This document shows, piece after piece, positions 26,047 to 38,459 of a stretch of 64,000 nucleotides of DNA (the stretch's first letter is position 1; every line of letters starts with the position of its first letter). The translations under genes and the position numbers were made by a program. The DNA comes from Botryllus schlosseri (lineage: Eukaryota), in the NCBI GenBank assembly GCA_051294905.1, contig CM119372.1:38132001-38196000 (forward strand), read 5' to 3'. The notes below the pieces were generated by a model. It was not told the origin of the DNA, ran no database searches, and worked only from the letters and a program-made list of their open reading frames with translations.

Positions 26047-28918
26047 AGTTGGTAGTTCTCGACGAACACCGTGGGCAAAACATTTTTGGTTTCGATTGGA
26101 GCGATGCTTTCTCCGTGACCGCGAAGGGAACGTCTGCTTTGGATGCTATTTCCTCGCAGAAGGTCAAATCGCAATCATGTAATACTATTGACATTTGTGA
26201 TTCGAACGACAAATTGGTAGCTTTTCAGTCCAAATTTCCCTCCGTTTTCTCTAATGTGCACCAAGACAACGGTGACAATTCATTTGAAACCTAATGCCAA
26301 GCCCGAATTTAACAAGCCACGTCCTTTGCCGTTAGCAAGGCAAATCGCTGTTCAAACCGAATTGAATAGATTAGTCAATCAAGGTATCCTCGAACCAATC
26401 AATTACAGTGATTGGGCAGCACCAATTGTTGCCGTCACTAAATCTAATGGATCAGTACGCATTTGTGGTGACTTCAAAGCATTGAATCAACAAATTCAGA
26501 TAGATCAACATCCCCTGCCCTCCTTAGATGAAATTCTTCACAAGTTACAGGGTGGTTGTATTTTCACGAAAATTGATCTTGCCGATGCTTATTTTCAGCT
26601 AGAATTAGATGATGATGCGAAGAATTTGTGTGTCATCAACACGCAATTCGGTCTATTCCGCTATCGACGCATGTGTTTCGGAGTCGCATCTAGTCCCGCA
26701 AATTTTCAACGCTGTCTTGATGCCATGATCGCCGGCTTACCCGGTGTTGCTAGTTTTATCGATGACATAATCGTTACTGGCATCGATGAACGCGATCATT
26801 TTCGCAACTTATCGCTACTCTTTGAGCGCCTCACCGAATCCGGTTTCACCGTCAACTTCGTTAAATGTGAATTTTTCAAAAGTAGTATCGAGTACCTTGG
26901 TCATATAATCGACAAGGACGGCAAACGCCCGTCTAACAAATCCGTTGAAGCAATCAAACAGTTGCCTAAACCTCAGGATGTTCGCCAGCTACAGGCATTC
27001 CTGGGCAAAGTCAATTATTATCGCATGTTTATTCCTAATTTCACGAATAAAGCCGCTGCCTTGTACCGTCTTCTTCAAAAAGACGCGGAATTCATTTGGA
27101 ATACGGACTGTGACGCAGCTTTTCGCATTCTCAAAAACGACGTATTCGACGCTACGCAGTTAGCTCATTATGATGTAAACAAGCAGCTCATTTTGTCAAC
27201 TGATGCTTCTCAATTCGGAATCGGCGCTGTCCTCTCAATCGAGCACAATGGCGAAGAGAGACCGATCGCGCACGCATCGAAAACACTTTCAGATTCCCAA
27301 AAATCCTACTCTCAAATTAAGAAGGAAGCTCTGTCAATCATTTACGGAGTCACTAAATTTCGTCAATTCTTGTATGGTAGAAAATTTACGCTCGTAACGG
27401 ACCACAAACCGCTTTTAGCTATTTTCTCGCCGGACAAGAAAATTCCCGTGATTACAGCGCAACGCTTACAGCGATGGGCACTAACGCTCATAGCTTACCA
27501 ATACGATATTCGCTATAAACCAACTAATCAGCACGGAAACGCCGACGGTTTATCTCGCCTACCAAAGGGTCCAGACTCTGAGTTTGACGAAATGGAAATT
27601 CGTGAAAACGCGGAGATCGTTCACGCTATTAATATGGCATTCGATGGCTTACCGTTAACTCGCAATGAAATTCGCGACGCGACGCTGAAAGACAAAACCA
27701 TGGAACTAGTGAAATTATCTGTCACTCATGGAAATTGGAATCCAAAGACGCACATTAATGATTTTTCTTGGTTTTCGACTCGCAAACATTCGCTTTCTCT
27801 GCACGAAGACATAGTCATGCTGCTCAATATTGATGGTTTTCAGTGCGTAGTAATTCCGCAGTCACTTCGCTCGCGAGTCTTATCATTGCACGAAGGACAT
27901 TGGGGTATCGCGAAAATGAAGCAGATGGCTCGACGTTACATCGCATGGCCTTCCATTAATCGCGACATTGAAAATCTCGTTAAGAGTTGCGACGCTTGCC
28001 GTAAGGTAATGAAAGCACCTGATCGTCAGTATCGCGAATGGCCTAAAACGTCTGAAAGCTTTGAACGAATTCACTTGGATTTCGCAGGTCCAATAAACCA
28101 TAAGATGTTTCTTGTCATCGTCGATGCGCATTTGAAATATCCTTTCGTTAAATTGATGAATGTCGGTTCTAACACAACCTTATGCGTGGTCAACGCTTTG
28201 AGGGAAGTATTCTCTATCGAAGGCTTGCCCATAACAATTGTCACGGATGGCGGGCCGCAATTCACATCGAATGAATTCGATACGTTTCGCTCTAATTTGG
28301 CAATCCGCCATATCGTATCACCGTCTTTTCACCCTGCCTCGAACGGGGAAGCGGAGCGTTTCGTCCAGACTTTGAAAGCTGGATTAATAAAAAATTGCGA
28401 CGGGGAAAAGATCTCAACTTCGCGCTCCAAACGCTTCTTGCTACGTACCGATTTGCACCGCACCCGGGCATAGACTGGAAAACGCCTGCCGAGATTTTAC
28501 ATGGTCGACAGCCGCGCAATTTGTTAAGTTTGTGCTCGCCCTTCGACAAATCGAAACCCATTACGCCTGGACAACCAGTGACTCATTTCGAGATTGGTTC
28601 CTCGGTTTACGCTCGCAGTTACCGAAGCGGACCAAAGTGGGTTGCTGGCGTGGTGACGGAAATACTGGGGCGTGTTGTGTACATCATGAAACAGATCATG
28701 GGTATTGGAGGAGGCACAAAAACCAACTCCAACCACGCTTGATTTCCACTAGTCATGATACAGCCACACAGGAAGTTGCTCAGCCGCAACAGTCACAAGC
28801 TGAGCAACCATTGGTCAGACATACGGCACAACGTCCTGTAGCTAATCCTGCTCGAACGTCGGGCAGACGTTATCCGGTTAGAATAAGGAAGCAAACTGAT
28901 TTCTATCGGCCAACGTAA
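26047..28918 (+). pseudogene. Gypsy (Mag-like) pol: protease C-half, RT, RNase H, integrase; frameshifted near 26254, 28410 and 28690
   Basis: WAAPIV, RICGDFK, IDLADAY, SFIDD, TDASQFGIGAVL, LVTDHKPL, LHEGHWG..C..C, DFAGP, VTDGGPQF, NGEAERFVQT in Gypsy domain order. Confidence 0.93.
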
Positions 28919-29443
28919 AGTACCTTGTACCAGGGTTGTAATGACTCGAGTCATGACTCGACTCGAGTCAGACTCGAGTCACGATTATTTTATGACTCGA
29001 CTTGACTCGAGTCATTTTCTTGAAATGGGAAAATGACGCGACTCGACTCGAGTCAATATTTGGATTGACTCGACTTGTACTCGAGTCATTACGCATGACT
29101 CGACCCAAGTCATTGACTCGGCTTATTTTATATGACTTGAAGATGAAGAAATTTGCGAATCGTAATGGCTAGATCAACGCATCCGACGAATTCTGCCGAC
29201 ATCGCTATTTGTCACCACTGCTTTCGTTGCACTTGTCTGATATCAGATATGCCACCGTAAAAACAACAGAAAATGATACATAGTAGCAATAATGCATTGT
29301 AAAAAATCGTCCAGTGATGAAGAGGTAATAGATCCTCCGCAATTAAAGTACTCAAGACTTTTCAATTCTACAAGCAAACAATTGAAGCAAAGTTCAATTA
29401 GAGCCAATGAAATGACTCAGATGGTCAAGAGACTGATAAGCTC

Positions 29444-29660
29444 ATGTGTAGATTTGAAGGCGATGATTCTTTGCATTTTTGGGCGACTAGAAAGAATGAG
29501 TATTCAATGCTCTTCAGTGTCGTTCAAAAATGCTTGTCAATTCCTGCATCTAGTGCACTAGTGGAACGTGTATTCAGTAGATGTGGATTCATTCTACGGC
29601 CATGCCGCTTTAACATATCTGAGGATCTCCTTTCCACATTAGTATTTTGAGGTGTAACTC
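29444..29660 (+). pseudogene. hAT (Ac/ZBED1-like) transposase C-terminal dimerisation domain remnant
   Basis: DSLHFW...EYSML...CLSIPASSALVERVFSRCGFILRP.R..IS..LL.TLVF. Confidence 0.85.
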
Positions 29661-30700
29661 AGTGATTTGATCTGCTGTCTGTGAAAACACACAATGCCCC
29701 TCGTCCATTTGACGTTTTGTTAGGTATGTGCATTGTGCACGTGAGTATAATAATGAATCGCTAATGCTGTGTGATGTTTGTACAATATGGCTGTTCTAAA
29801 ATAACTTCTTTTTTATTTTACTGGGTGGTTACTTGATAAAATTGTTATGTTGCATAAAAGGAACACTGAATCTGGCTTAATTTGAAAACAAGTGGAATCA
29901 ATGATGTGAGAGGAGAATATTTTGGATTTGAAAATAAATGGAGTATTTTAGTGTGAAATCCTTTCATATAATTTAATTACATGGTAGTAAGCCGACTATT
30001 TTTTCATATCCAAAACATTCTACTCTAATAACTTCACTTTTTCTAGTTGGAATTGAGTCAAATTTGCTATGAATCATATTTTTCCACAATGTAACAATAT
30101 CATGAGATAGCCGCTAAAATTCTAAAATCTCTATTTGTAATTAGTCTAAAATTTTCTTTCATAGCATTGCTTTCTACTGGTTGGAATTGAGCCAAATTTG
30201 ATTTTTTAGGCAATCTAGCAATTTTAAGAAGTAGCCGGAAAATTTGAAAAAATGTTTTTGAACAGCCCCATTGTACAATTATTTATCCAATGCTGCAACT
30301 GCGATGTAGTCTGTAATGCAATTGGGAAAACCTTTTGTATAATCAAAAGGTATCTGTTCTGTTGTCACTGCACAATGCACATAGTTGCATGCACGTTTTT
30401 ACAGCATGCTGGCCTGTTGTAAATACCTCTACATAAACATGCATCTATGGATTCTCTATCAACTAGTATCTTGACGTGAATTTGTTGGTTCTCTATCAGA
30501 TAGTATGTAGACGTGAATTCGTTGGTTCTCTATCAGCTATTCGTGAGCTATCGTCGATGTGCTCATAATGAAAACTGAATGCTTGTATTGGTGATGTATC
30601 AGACTGACAAGAGAGATATTTGATTTTATGTTCTAAGATTAGTAAAGTTATATTTAGCATCGGTAAATGAGGCCAGGACCTGTCCGTTATCTGCCTAAAT

Positions 30701-32204
30701 CAGTGGTTCTTAACCTTGCTCCCAGCGCCCCCCAGGGGGCGCTGGCGATCTTGAAGGTGGGCGGAAACGCTCAGGGGGCGATATGGGGGGGCGCTGGAGA
30801 AAAATGGCTTCGCAGTAGATGATGTGGTGATAGGATATATCCTTAATGAGTATTCAGAGCAAATTAACACCGAAAACTTCGTTACATATAGCCTTCAAAA
30901 TACACATAGGTTTAATTGTCCATCGGTGCCTAAATGACTGACACCGAATGTTCCTGTCTTGGCAATCTGAACCCCAGAAGACGAATTCCATCTGGCAGGG
31001 AAAAATTATATGTCAGTGAAGAAATACCAATCTGAAATCGTGTGGGTCTTTAAGTTTAGTACGATTGAGCGACAGGGATATTCCTGTTGGGCGATATCCC
31101 CGTTGAGCGATTCTATATTTTTTGATATTGCAGACAGGGGGTCACGAAATAACATCATGCAACGAAGTCATACCAACGGGTTCGCCCGCCCGAATATGTT
31201 TAATTATTAGTAACGGGCCCTACAGTTTCCAAGAAACCTCACAATGTTCGCTTTAAGTTTTGATGAGTCTGCGCACACTCAACAACTCACTGCGCTGACC
31301 CTTGGACAACAGTGCGTAACGACTAAAAAAAGGTAATAACTCCGGATTTGTTGTGCGCAACGTAGATTGTCTGTGCGCAGTGACCGTGTCAGCACTGCGC
31401 TCGTGCGCAGCTTAGAGGGAACATTGCACCTCACTCAGCGCTACCGGTAAATTTGTTTACGTGAGCAGAGAGGGGATAAAAATTGATCTCAATTTACATG
31501 CAATTCCCGATGATATTGACCAATTCAATCATTAATTAGTGAAATTTTTCGCACTTCGCGCGAATAGGCAAGAATAGCTGCCTCAGTAAATGGACACCCA
31601 ATGTAGATACCTAATAGGCTATCAGCAAATAGCGGACAGCCTAATGGGGGTCTGGGAGTGAAGTCCCCCGGAAGTTTGGTTTATCACCCGATGGGGGCCA
31701 AGGACCAACGTTTTTTGTTTGGGGAGGGGGGCTGACGAAGTGCTGTTAGGGCCCTGGTAACGAATAATTGTACCTGTGGGCACGCCCGAATATGTTTAAT
31801 TATTAATTACGTGCCCTTTATTTTCCTATACAACAGCTCACTCAGTGCTTCTGTTAAATCTGATTACGTGCGCTGAGAGGATAAAAAGTTTATAGCGATT
31901 TATATATGTACTTACCCCCTATTCATGGAAAATTTTGGTACCTAGGGCGACCAGGCCACACAAACTTTGCTGACCATCAAAATCACGATATGGGGTTCGT
32001 GGGGGCGAAGCCCTCAGAAGTTCGGTTTATCACGCTATGGGTGCGCAAGGCAATCGATTTTAGGGGGGTTAACGAAGTGCTGTTACGGCCCTCCCTCTTA
32101 CTCATTGTCTTTATTACATTCCTTACAATATGAAGTTGGGGGGCGCTGGAGCACGATAATTTTTGAAAGGGGGCGCTGGAAGAAAAAAGGTTAAGAACCA
32201 CTTG
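30701..32204. mobile_element. Buster-type hAT MITE with composite cargo, nested in copy B; includes a small CAATGTTC...GAACATTG MITE at 31242-31426
   Basis: TIR CAGTGGTTCTTAACC/GGTTAAGAACCACTTG; perfect TSD GCCTAAAT. Confidence 0.85.
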
Positions 32205-32453
32205 GCCTAAATAAACACGTGCCAAGACTCTGATAGGGACAAAATGAGCATGTTTCGCAAACAAGGAATTCGATATCACCCAAGCAGGATTGAAAACATG
32301 AGTTGAACATGACTCGGACTCGAGTCTGTGATGAATTGAAAATGACTCGACTCGACTCGAGTCAAAACCACAAAAGTATGATTGACTCGTGACTCGGAAC
32401 CATGTGACTTGGTTACAACCCTGCCTTGTACCTTTTAACTTACAGGGGAGGAC

Positions 32454-32707
32454 TGTCATGTTCGTGCATTTTACGTTGGTATCGTTTGTCTCTTATTTGT
32501 CTAGGATTAGTAATTACCGCCAATCATTATTTCCTCGTGTGTCGTGCTTCGTATTTATACCCTGTGTTCTGTTGTCTCGTGGTCTTTCATTTAACTGCAC
32601 TCTGGATCGTGTCGCTGCCGTAAAGTTATTCTGCTGATAATATACTGATTTCATTTTGCAACCTCGTCGTATTGAGTTATTGTTCAAACAAGATCAAGAA
32701 CATAACA
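32454..32707 (+). repeat. Gypsy 3' LTR (254 bp)
   Basis: TGTCATGTTC...GAACATAACA, preceded by PPT AGGGGAGGAC (32444-32453). Confidence 0.9.
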
Positions 32708-32712
32708 ATGGA

Positions 32713-32748
32713 ATGGAGGCGTGGGTTCGAATCCCACTTCTGACACCA
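32713..32748 (+). other. DNA copy of the 3' 36 nt of mature tRNA-Leu including CCA (extended primer-binding site of the inverted LTR)
   Basis: ATGGAGGCGTGGGTTCGAATCCCACTTCTGACACCA: variable-arm end, T arm, acceptor strand and CCA; no 5' half. Confidence 0.88.
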
Positions 32749-32750
32749 AT

Positions 32751-33017
32751 TGTTATGTTCTTGATCTTGTTTGAACAATAACTCAATGCGACGAGGTTGC
32801 AATTAGAAATCAGTATATTATCAGCAGTATAACTTTAAGACAGGCGACACGATCCAGAGTGCAGTTAAATGAAAGAAAACGAGACAACAGAACACAGGGC
32901 ATAAATACAAGCACGACACACAAGGAAATAATGATTGGAGGTAGGCTAATTACTAGTCCTATAGAAATCAGGAGACAATTAGGAAACAACACTGAACGTA
33001 AATGCACGAACATAACA
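32751..33017 (-). repeat. Second, related Gypsy LTR in inverted orientation (267 bp)
   Basis: Minus strand TGTTATGTTCGTGCA...GAACATAACA, clearly homologous to but diverged from 32454-32707; followed by AT + TGGTGTCAGAAGTGGGAT. Confidence 0.9.
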
Positions 33018-33473
33018 GTAACCAAGTCATACCAACGGGTACGCCCGCCCGAATATGTTTAATTATTATTTACGGGCTCTACAGTTTCGAAGACACCTCA
33101 CTAAGCTATACCGGTAAATATGAGTAGAGAGGACAAGAAATTTGTAGCAATATATATGCAATTCCCGATCTTATTGACCGATTTATCATGAATTATCGAA
33201 AATTTTCGCGCATGGCGCTGGCTCACGAAATGGTACCACTACAACTTCGTGGTAAAAGTGAACAACGTGATGGGGGACGGACTGGATGCGGCCAAGTGGC
33301 TTTGAGAGTCGGATTTATACTCGATTTCAGCCTCACAATAAGTGGAAATAACAGGAATTTACGTGCCAGCCGGATTTTTTGGACTTTGATTTGGCAACCT
33401 GGATCGGGTTGGAGTCAGATTTCGAAATCTCTCGCTCATCTTTACACCCCACCGAAAGCAGGCTAGATCGCAT

Positions 33474-34800
33474 CAGGGCCGTAACTGCCGCACTCCAAAC
33501 CCCCCAACTGGGGGGGGGCGAGCTCGAAGGGGGCCCAAAATTATTTCCTGAATTAGCATAAATTATAGAGTATATTTTGAAAATTTGTGCAACTTTTTCA
33601 AAAATTTTTCGCGCTGGGCGCGATTTCAAGTTGCCAAATTTCTTTATTATTGGGTACTTTTCCCCCAAGAAAAAATACGCAACATTTATAGAAATGGGCA
33701 TATAAGCGTTGGCCATTACCGCGCCACGACGAACCAAGACGTATAAAATCTTAGACCATGCAATATGCGACTCCAAGAAGTGTGCCAGAACGATCGGCAG
33801 CGAGAAAACTTCGGCCGAAAGGTACTGCCCTTATACTGACCTAAAACTTCGTTAGGCTATATACAAATTACACATAGGTTTGATAGTCCATAGGCGCCTG
33901 AATGACTGGCGCCGAATGTCTTGGCAACCTGAACCTTAGAAGACAAATAACATCCAGCAGAGAAAAATTATATGGCAATGAAGAAATATCAATTTGAAAT
34001 CGTGTGTACTTTTAGTTTAGTACGTTTGGCCGATTCTATATTTTTTGATATAGCAGACAGGAGGTCACGAAATAACATCATGTAACCAAGTCATACCAAC
34101 GGGTATACGCCCGCCCGAATATGTTTATTTATTATTTACGGGCTCTACAGTTTCGAAGACATATCACTAAGCTATACCGGTAAATATGAGTAGAGAGGAC
34201 GAGAAATTTATAGCAATTTATATATGCAATTCCCGATCTTATTGACCGATTTATCATGAATTATCGAGAATTTTCGCGCATGGCGCTGGCTCACGAAACG
34301 GTACCACTATAACTTCGTGGTAAAAGTGAATAACAACGTGATGGGGGACGGTTTATCACCTAATGGAAGCCCATGACTCAAATTTTTTTGGGGGCCTGAC
34401 GAAGTGCTGTTTCGTTCCTGTCAACGGGTATACACCCGGAGATGTTTAACTATTATTGAGGGTTCCTGCCTTTTGAAACACACCTCCCTCAGCTCTACCG
34501 GTAAATCAGATTACGTGAGCAGAGAGAGGGTAAAAATTAATAGCAATATATATGCAATTCCCGATCATATTGACCGATTCAGACATGAATTATAGAATTT
34601 TCTTCTCGCTTCGTGCGGTCAGCCGAGTAAAGCTGACACACTAAACGGACACCCAATGAAGGTGTCAGGTAGCGGTAAACAGTGTAGAGCCTGAGGGGGG
34701 TCTGGGGGGCTTCGCCCCCCAGAAGTTAGGTTTATCACCCTGTGGGGGGCCCGAGACCAACGTTTTGGGGGGGGCCTGACGAAGTGCTGTTATGGCCCTG
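33474..34800. mobile_element. Non-autonomous element with CAGGGCCGTAAC ends and internal ~300-bp repeated units
   Basis: CAGGGCCGTAAC/GTTATGGCCCTG; internal unit (CCCGAATATGTTTAATTATT...GCAATTCCCGATCATATTGACCGATT) recurs at ~31150, 31780, 33018, 34083, 34420, 37250, 59910; left end also at 1-160 on the minus strand; no TSD. Confidence 0.65.
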
Positions 34801-36568
34801 GGTGTAGCCCAAGGCTCAGTACTTGGAACGGTTCTCTTCACCTTAAATGTCGACGACATTTTGATACCTCATCATTGAACACCACTCTGTTCGCTGATGA
34901 TACTAACCTCCTCTCTTCCGCATCTTCGGCCCTGACTAGTGACCAAATGCCCAAAGTGCATGAGTGGTCGGCCCAAAATAGCATTTGCATAAACCCCTCA
35001 AAATCCCAATTTCTGACAGTAGATTCAAAATATAATCTAACCGTTTGTAGCCGTTCGGTCGTAGTCAATATGGCTCCGGAGCCGAGCGGTTACATGTTAA
35101 CATCGCTGGTCAGCCCGTTTCCAACACAGAAAATGTCATATATCTCGGGGTTTTACTGGACTCAGGCATGTACTGGAAGAGTCGTATTCAGTCCCTATAT
35201 AGACACTAAATTATCACCGCAGTGCGGTCTGTTCTACAGCCTTAGACACTTCATGCCTGCCTGGGTTCTTCGCTGATACTCTTTAAATCCTTAATCCAAT
35301 CGAAGTTACAATATGGCATCCTCTGTTTGGGAGCTGCCAGTAAAACTGCGATCGAGCCGCTGCAAAAACTACAACATAACGTACTCCGCATAGCCAGGGC
35401 CTCGAAGGGGCCTGGTTGTCCATCCAACAAGTCGCTGCTGAAGAGATTCAGTGTCCTAAACCTTGAAGATATGCGAAAACTAGAAATCGACAAGTTTATG
35501 TATCAGTTCTACTGCGGTCATTTTGCCCCGAATATTTCAATGACTTCTTTACCTCCGAATCAAAAGCGCACAGCAAGTACAACACACGCGCGTCCAAGTC
35601 GTCCAAATATCATATGATCTACCGAAATGATCGTCGCTCTATCAAATGTGCCAGACCTGACGTGTGGAACAGTATCCCGCCGGCCATCTGACAGTCGACG
35701 AGCATCAGTGATGAGCGGATATTGAATTCTGAGAATCCGAATCCATCCGACAGCTCGAATCTTTGAGGAAATATCAGTCCAAATCCGAACAATCTCAATC
35801 AAAAATCCATGAGAATCCGAATAATGCCGTCCAGAATCCGAATCGAATAACTTTTCCAGGGAATACTATAAGTGTTCACTGTTCAGCTGAGCAGATTATA
35901 GTCTCTACAAAGGCTAAATGAGGGTTGGCTGTTTTATATTTGCTTGGACACTCGACAGAACAACTTTAGAGTGCTACCAGTACTATAAGAACGTATTTAC
36001 CGTCCATGTTTGGTTGTCGAACTTTTTCTTTTGTCTTGAAATCAAAAGTCACGTCTCGTCCGAACTATCAAAAAATATCCGATGCAGAAGTTACAACTAT
36101 CCGAAAATATCCGTAACAAAATCTGCAATACAATCCGAATCCGATCCGACTGTCTCAAAATTGTGCAAAATCCGGTCCGAACGCTATCCGAGTCCGTCCG
36201 ATGCTCATGCTCATCACTGACGAGCATATCCACATTCCAGTCGAAATAGGCTACATGCAGTTACTGATAAATAAATACTATATAATATCCATCCTCAAAA
36301 TCACCGGACCACGACCTGACCTATCGATCTCGCCATCTATGACATGCCAGCCCATTTTTTGTCGCTTGCTTTTTTCTATACTATCTTCTTCTACTTTTCA
36401 TTCAGTGTGCATGCCTCCTCTTTATATCGCCTGGCCAAGGGGGGTGTCTGATTCCATAGCCTACTCAAAGTCGCTTCGACACTTTCCTATCTTCTTATTG
36501 TATCGCATTTTTGCGGTGTATTGAACTGATAAAATTGCTAATTAACCGACGATGATGATGATGATGAT
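34801..36568 (+). mobile_element. 5'-truncated, degraded CR1/L2-like LINE (RT C-half, 3' UTR, (GAT)n tail), interrupted by a MITE
   Basis: GVAQGSVLGTVLFTLNVDD and TTLFADDTNL RT motifs; LQYGI..LG..SKTAIEPLQKLQHNVLR C-terminal region; 3' UTR shared with 4600-4945, 11885-12012 and 56720-56880 (all minus strand). Confidence 0.85.
35706..36219. mobile_element. hAT MITE with ATCCGA subterminal repeats
   Basis: TIR CAGTGATGAGC/GCTCATCACTG; perfect TSD ACGAGCAT. Confidence 0.92.
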
Positions 36569-36817
36569 ACAAACATATATTGCTATTTGAAGATGTTCTG
36601 TCTGGGTTTGTGAAAAAATAAAAATTTAGAGTAGTAAGGTCAATCAGGCTGACTTCGAAGTATTACAAGTTGTCAGTCGCAGCAAACTAGTGAGCAGTCA
36701 CTAAAAATGTTTTTTTTTAAAATCCGTTTTCTTCTGAAATATACATAACCACCATTAAAGACTAATTTCAAGATGAGCTTGTAGATAGAAATGGCTCGGC
36801 TGGACGTTCATTCAAAA

Positions 36818-37235
36818 ATATGTTTCTCAATTTTGGTGCCTTAATTAAGGCGTCGTCGGAAGCGTTACGAGTTAATATTATCATACATTTGCCACTGCAT
36901 ATCTTCGTGGAAATGGATTTTCAGCACTCATACATATCAAATCAAAAGCGCGAGGTTTCAAGACACGATCACTTTTTTCAATATATAGCCTATTCACCCG
37001 CAAAATTCGCTTTGAAATAATAAAAATCGATACAATTTCTACATAATGTATGATATTATTTATAAGATAAGTCATGTTGTTGCTGTTTATCACTATCCTA
37101 CAGTTAAATTTTGCACAGGTCATATCACGGTTGCACAATAATTGAGCGAAATTTGATCGAAAACTTAAGGGGTTCCGCGGCGGTCCCTGACGGACAAAAG
37201 GGGTCCGCGAAGACATAAAAGGTTGAGAACCACTG
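36818..37235 (+). mobile_element. Buster/Charlie hAT derivative with transposase C-terminal remnant
   Basis: FATAYLRGNGFSALIHIKSKAR at ~36888; terminus AAAGGTTGAGAACCACTG. Confidence 0.7.
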
Positions 37236-37905
37236 CATTATACCAACTATGGTCCGCCCGAAGACATTTAAATATTATTTAGGGGTCCTACCTTTTCAAC
37301 ACACCTCACTCAGCTCTGTTACCGGTAATCTGATAACGTGTACAGGGAGTGGATAAAAAAAAATTGATAGCAATATGTATGGAATTCCCGATCATATTAA
37401 CCGATTCAATCAGGAATTATAAAAAATAAACGCTCTTCGCGCGTTTAGGCGGTACCAGCTTACTGACTATACAGTGCAACCCATCTAGGTGATAAGTAGC
37501 GGATAAAGGCGTAAAGCGTAATGGGGGTCTGGGGTTCATAGTAGATCAATATTGCTATGATGTTTTGTAATGGAAAAAGTCCAGCAATTTTTATGGCTCA
37601 TGATTTAGTCAATAGCTCCCTCGGTGGACAATGTCTAATGTCGCAAGCGTAGCAGTGAGAAATGTCGAAAGCGAAACGGGAGTGGAATCGCACTGGGTTG
37701 GGTGTGCTTGTGCTGGGTCCGGTTCCGGTATCCTAGCGTTAAATGGATTGCGGTCATAGTGTTGATGGAGTTGGAGAAGCGAAACGTACTGATACTACTT
37801 CAGGGCTTTAGAAAACTGAATCGAGAGTTTGCCAGCGTCTGTGGAATTCTGCTAATCGGAGTTGAGTGCAAGTGCAATTAACCGGCATTACGCATTAGTG
37901 GCATC

Positions 37906-38459
37906 CCCTATTGGAATCTCGGTATATTTTGCCTGATTCAACATGTGAGCAGCGATGATTCTTCTAGTTGAAGTAATTTAATGAAAAATATTATAAAAAT
38001 AAAACATAGTGTGAGCACAGGACACCGATTCCACTGGCATCACTTTATCAATTTTCTGTTATTCCTGTGCTGTGAAACCTGTGGTAACCTTGTACGAGCC
38101 ACCGTGCGATGAACTATTTCGTGTATCGATTAATTACCGTGGAATTCGGGGAATAACGTTCCTTTTTCAGTCTGAATCTGCTGTTTGTATAATGTTTAGT
38201 TAATAAGTAGGCACATCATCTCGCAATATTTTGCATCCATTTGCTTCTCCACGACTAGTTAACTTTGAACAGATATTATTAATTTACTATTAAGACGACA
38301 GATTTCTCGTTGCTCTTCCTGGGAACCTGTATGGAATTGGTATCCTGTGCTCACACTATGCTTTATTTTTTAATTATTTTTCATTGAATTACTTGACTTG
38401 GAAAATCATCGCTGCTCACCTGATTTATCAGGCAAAAAGGCCAGCGATTCCAATCAGGG
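37906..38459. mobile_element. Foldback/MITE with ~130-bp imperfect TIRs
   Basis: CCCTATTGGAATC...GTGTGAGCACAGGACACCGATTCCA is inverted at TGGAATTGGTATCCTGTGCTCACAC...GATTCCAATCAGGG. Confidence 0.75.

Larger units (their letters stand above)
28931..32423 (+). mobile_element. GACTCGAGTC-motif hAT deletion derivative (copy B) inserted between Gypsy pol and its PPT
   Basis: TIR CAGGGTTGTAA/TTACAACCCTG; perfect TSD CCTTGTAC (28923-28930, 32424-32431). Confidence 0.92.

Noticed and set aside
28931..29130. GACTC/GAGTC arrays as a CRISPR-like or satellite array
   Set aside because: No repeat-spacer structure; they are subterminal motifs next to hAT TIRs.
32713..32748. tRNA-Leu gene
   Set aside because: Only the 3' 36 nt are present and CCA is encoded; it is a primer-derived copy, not a gene.
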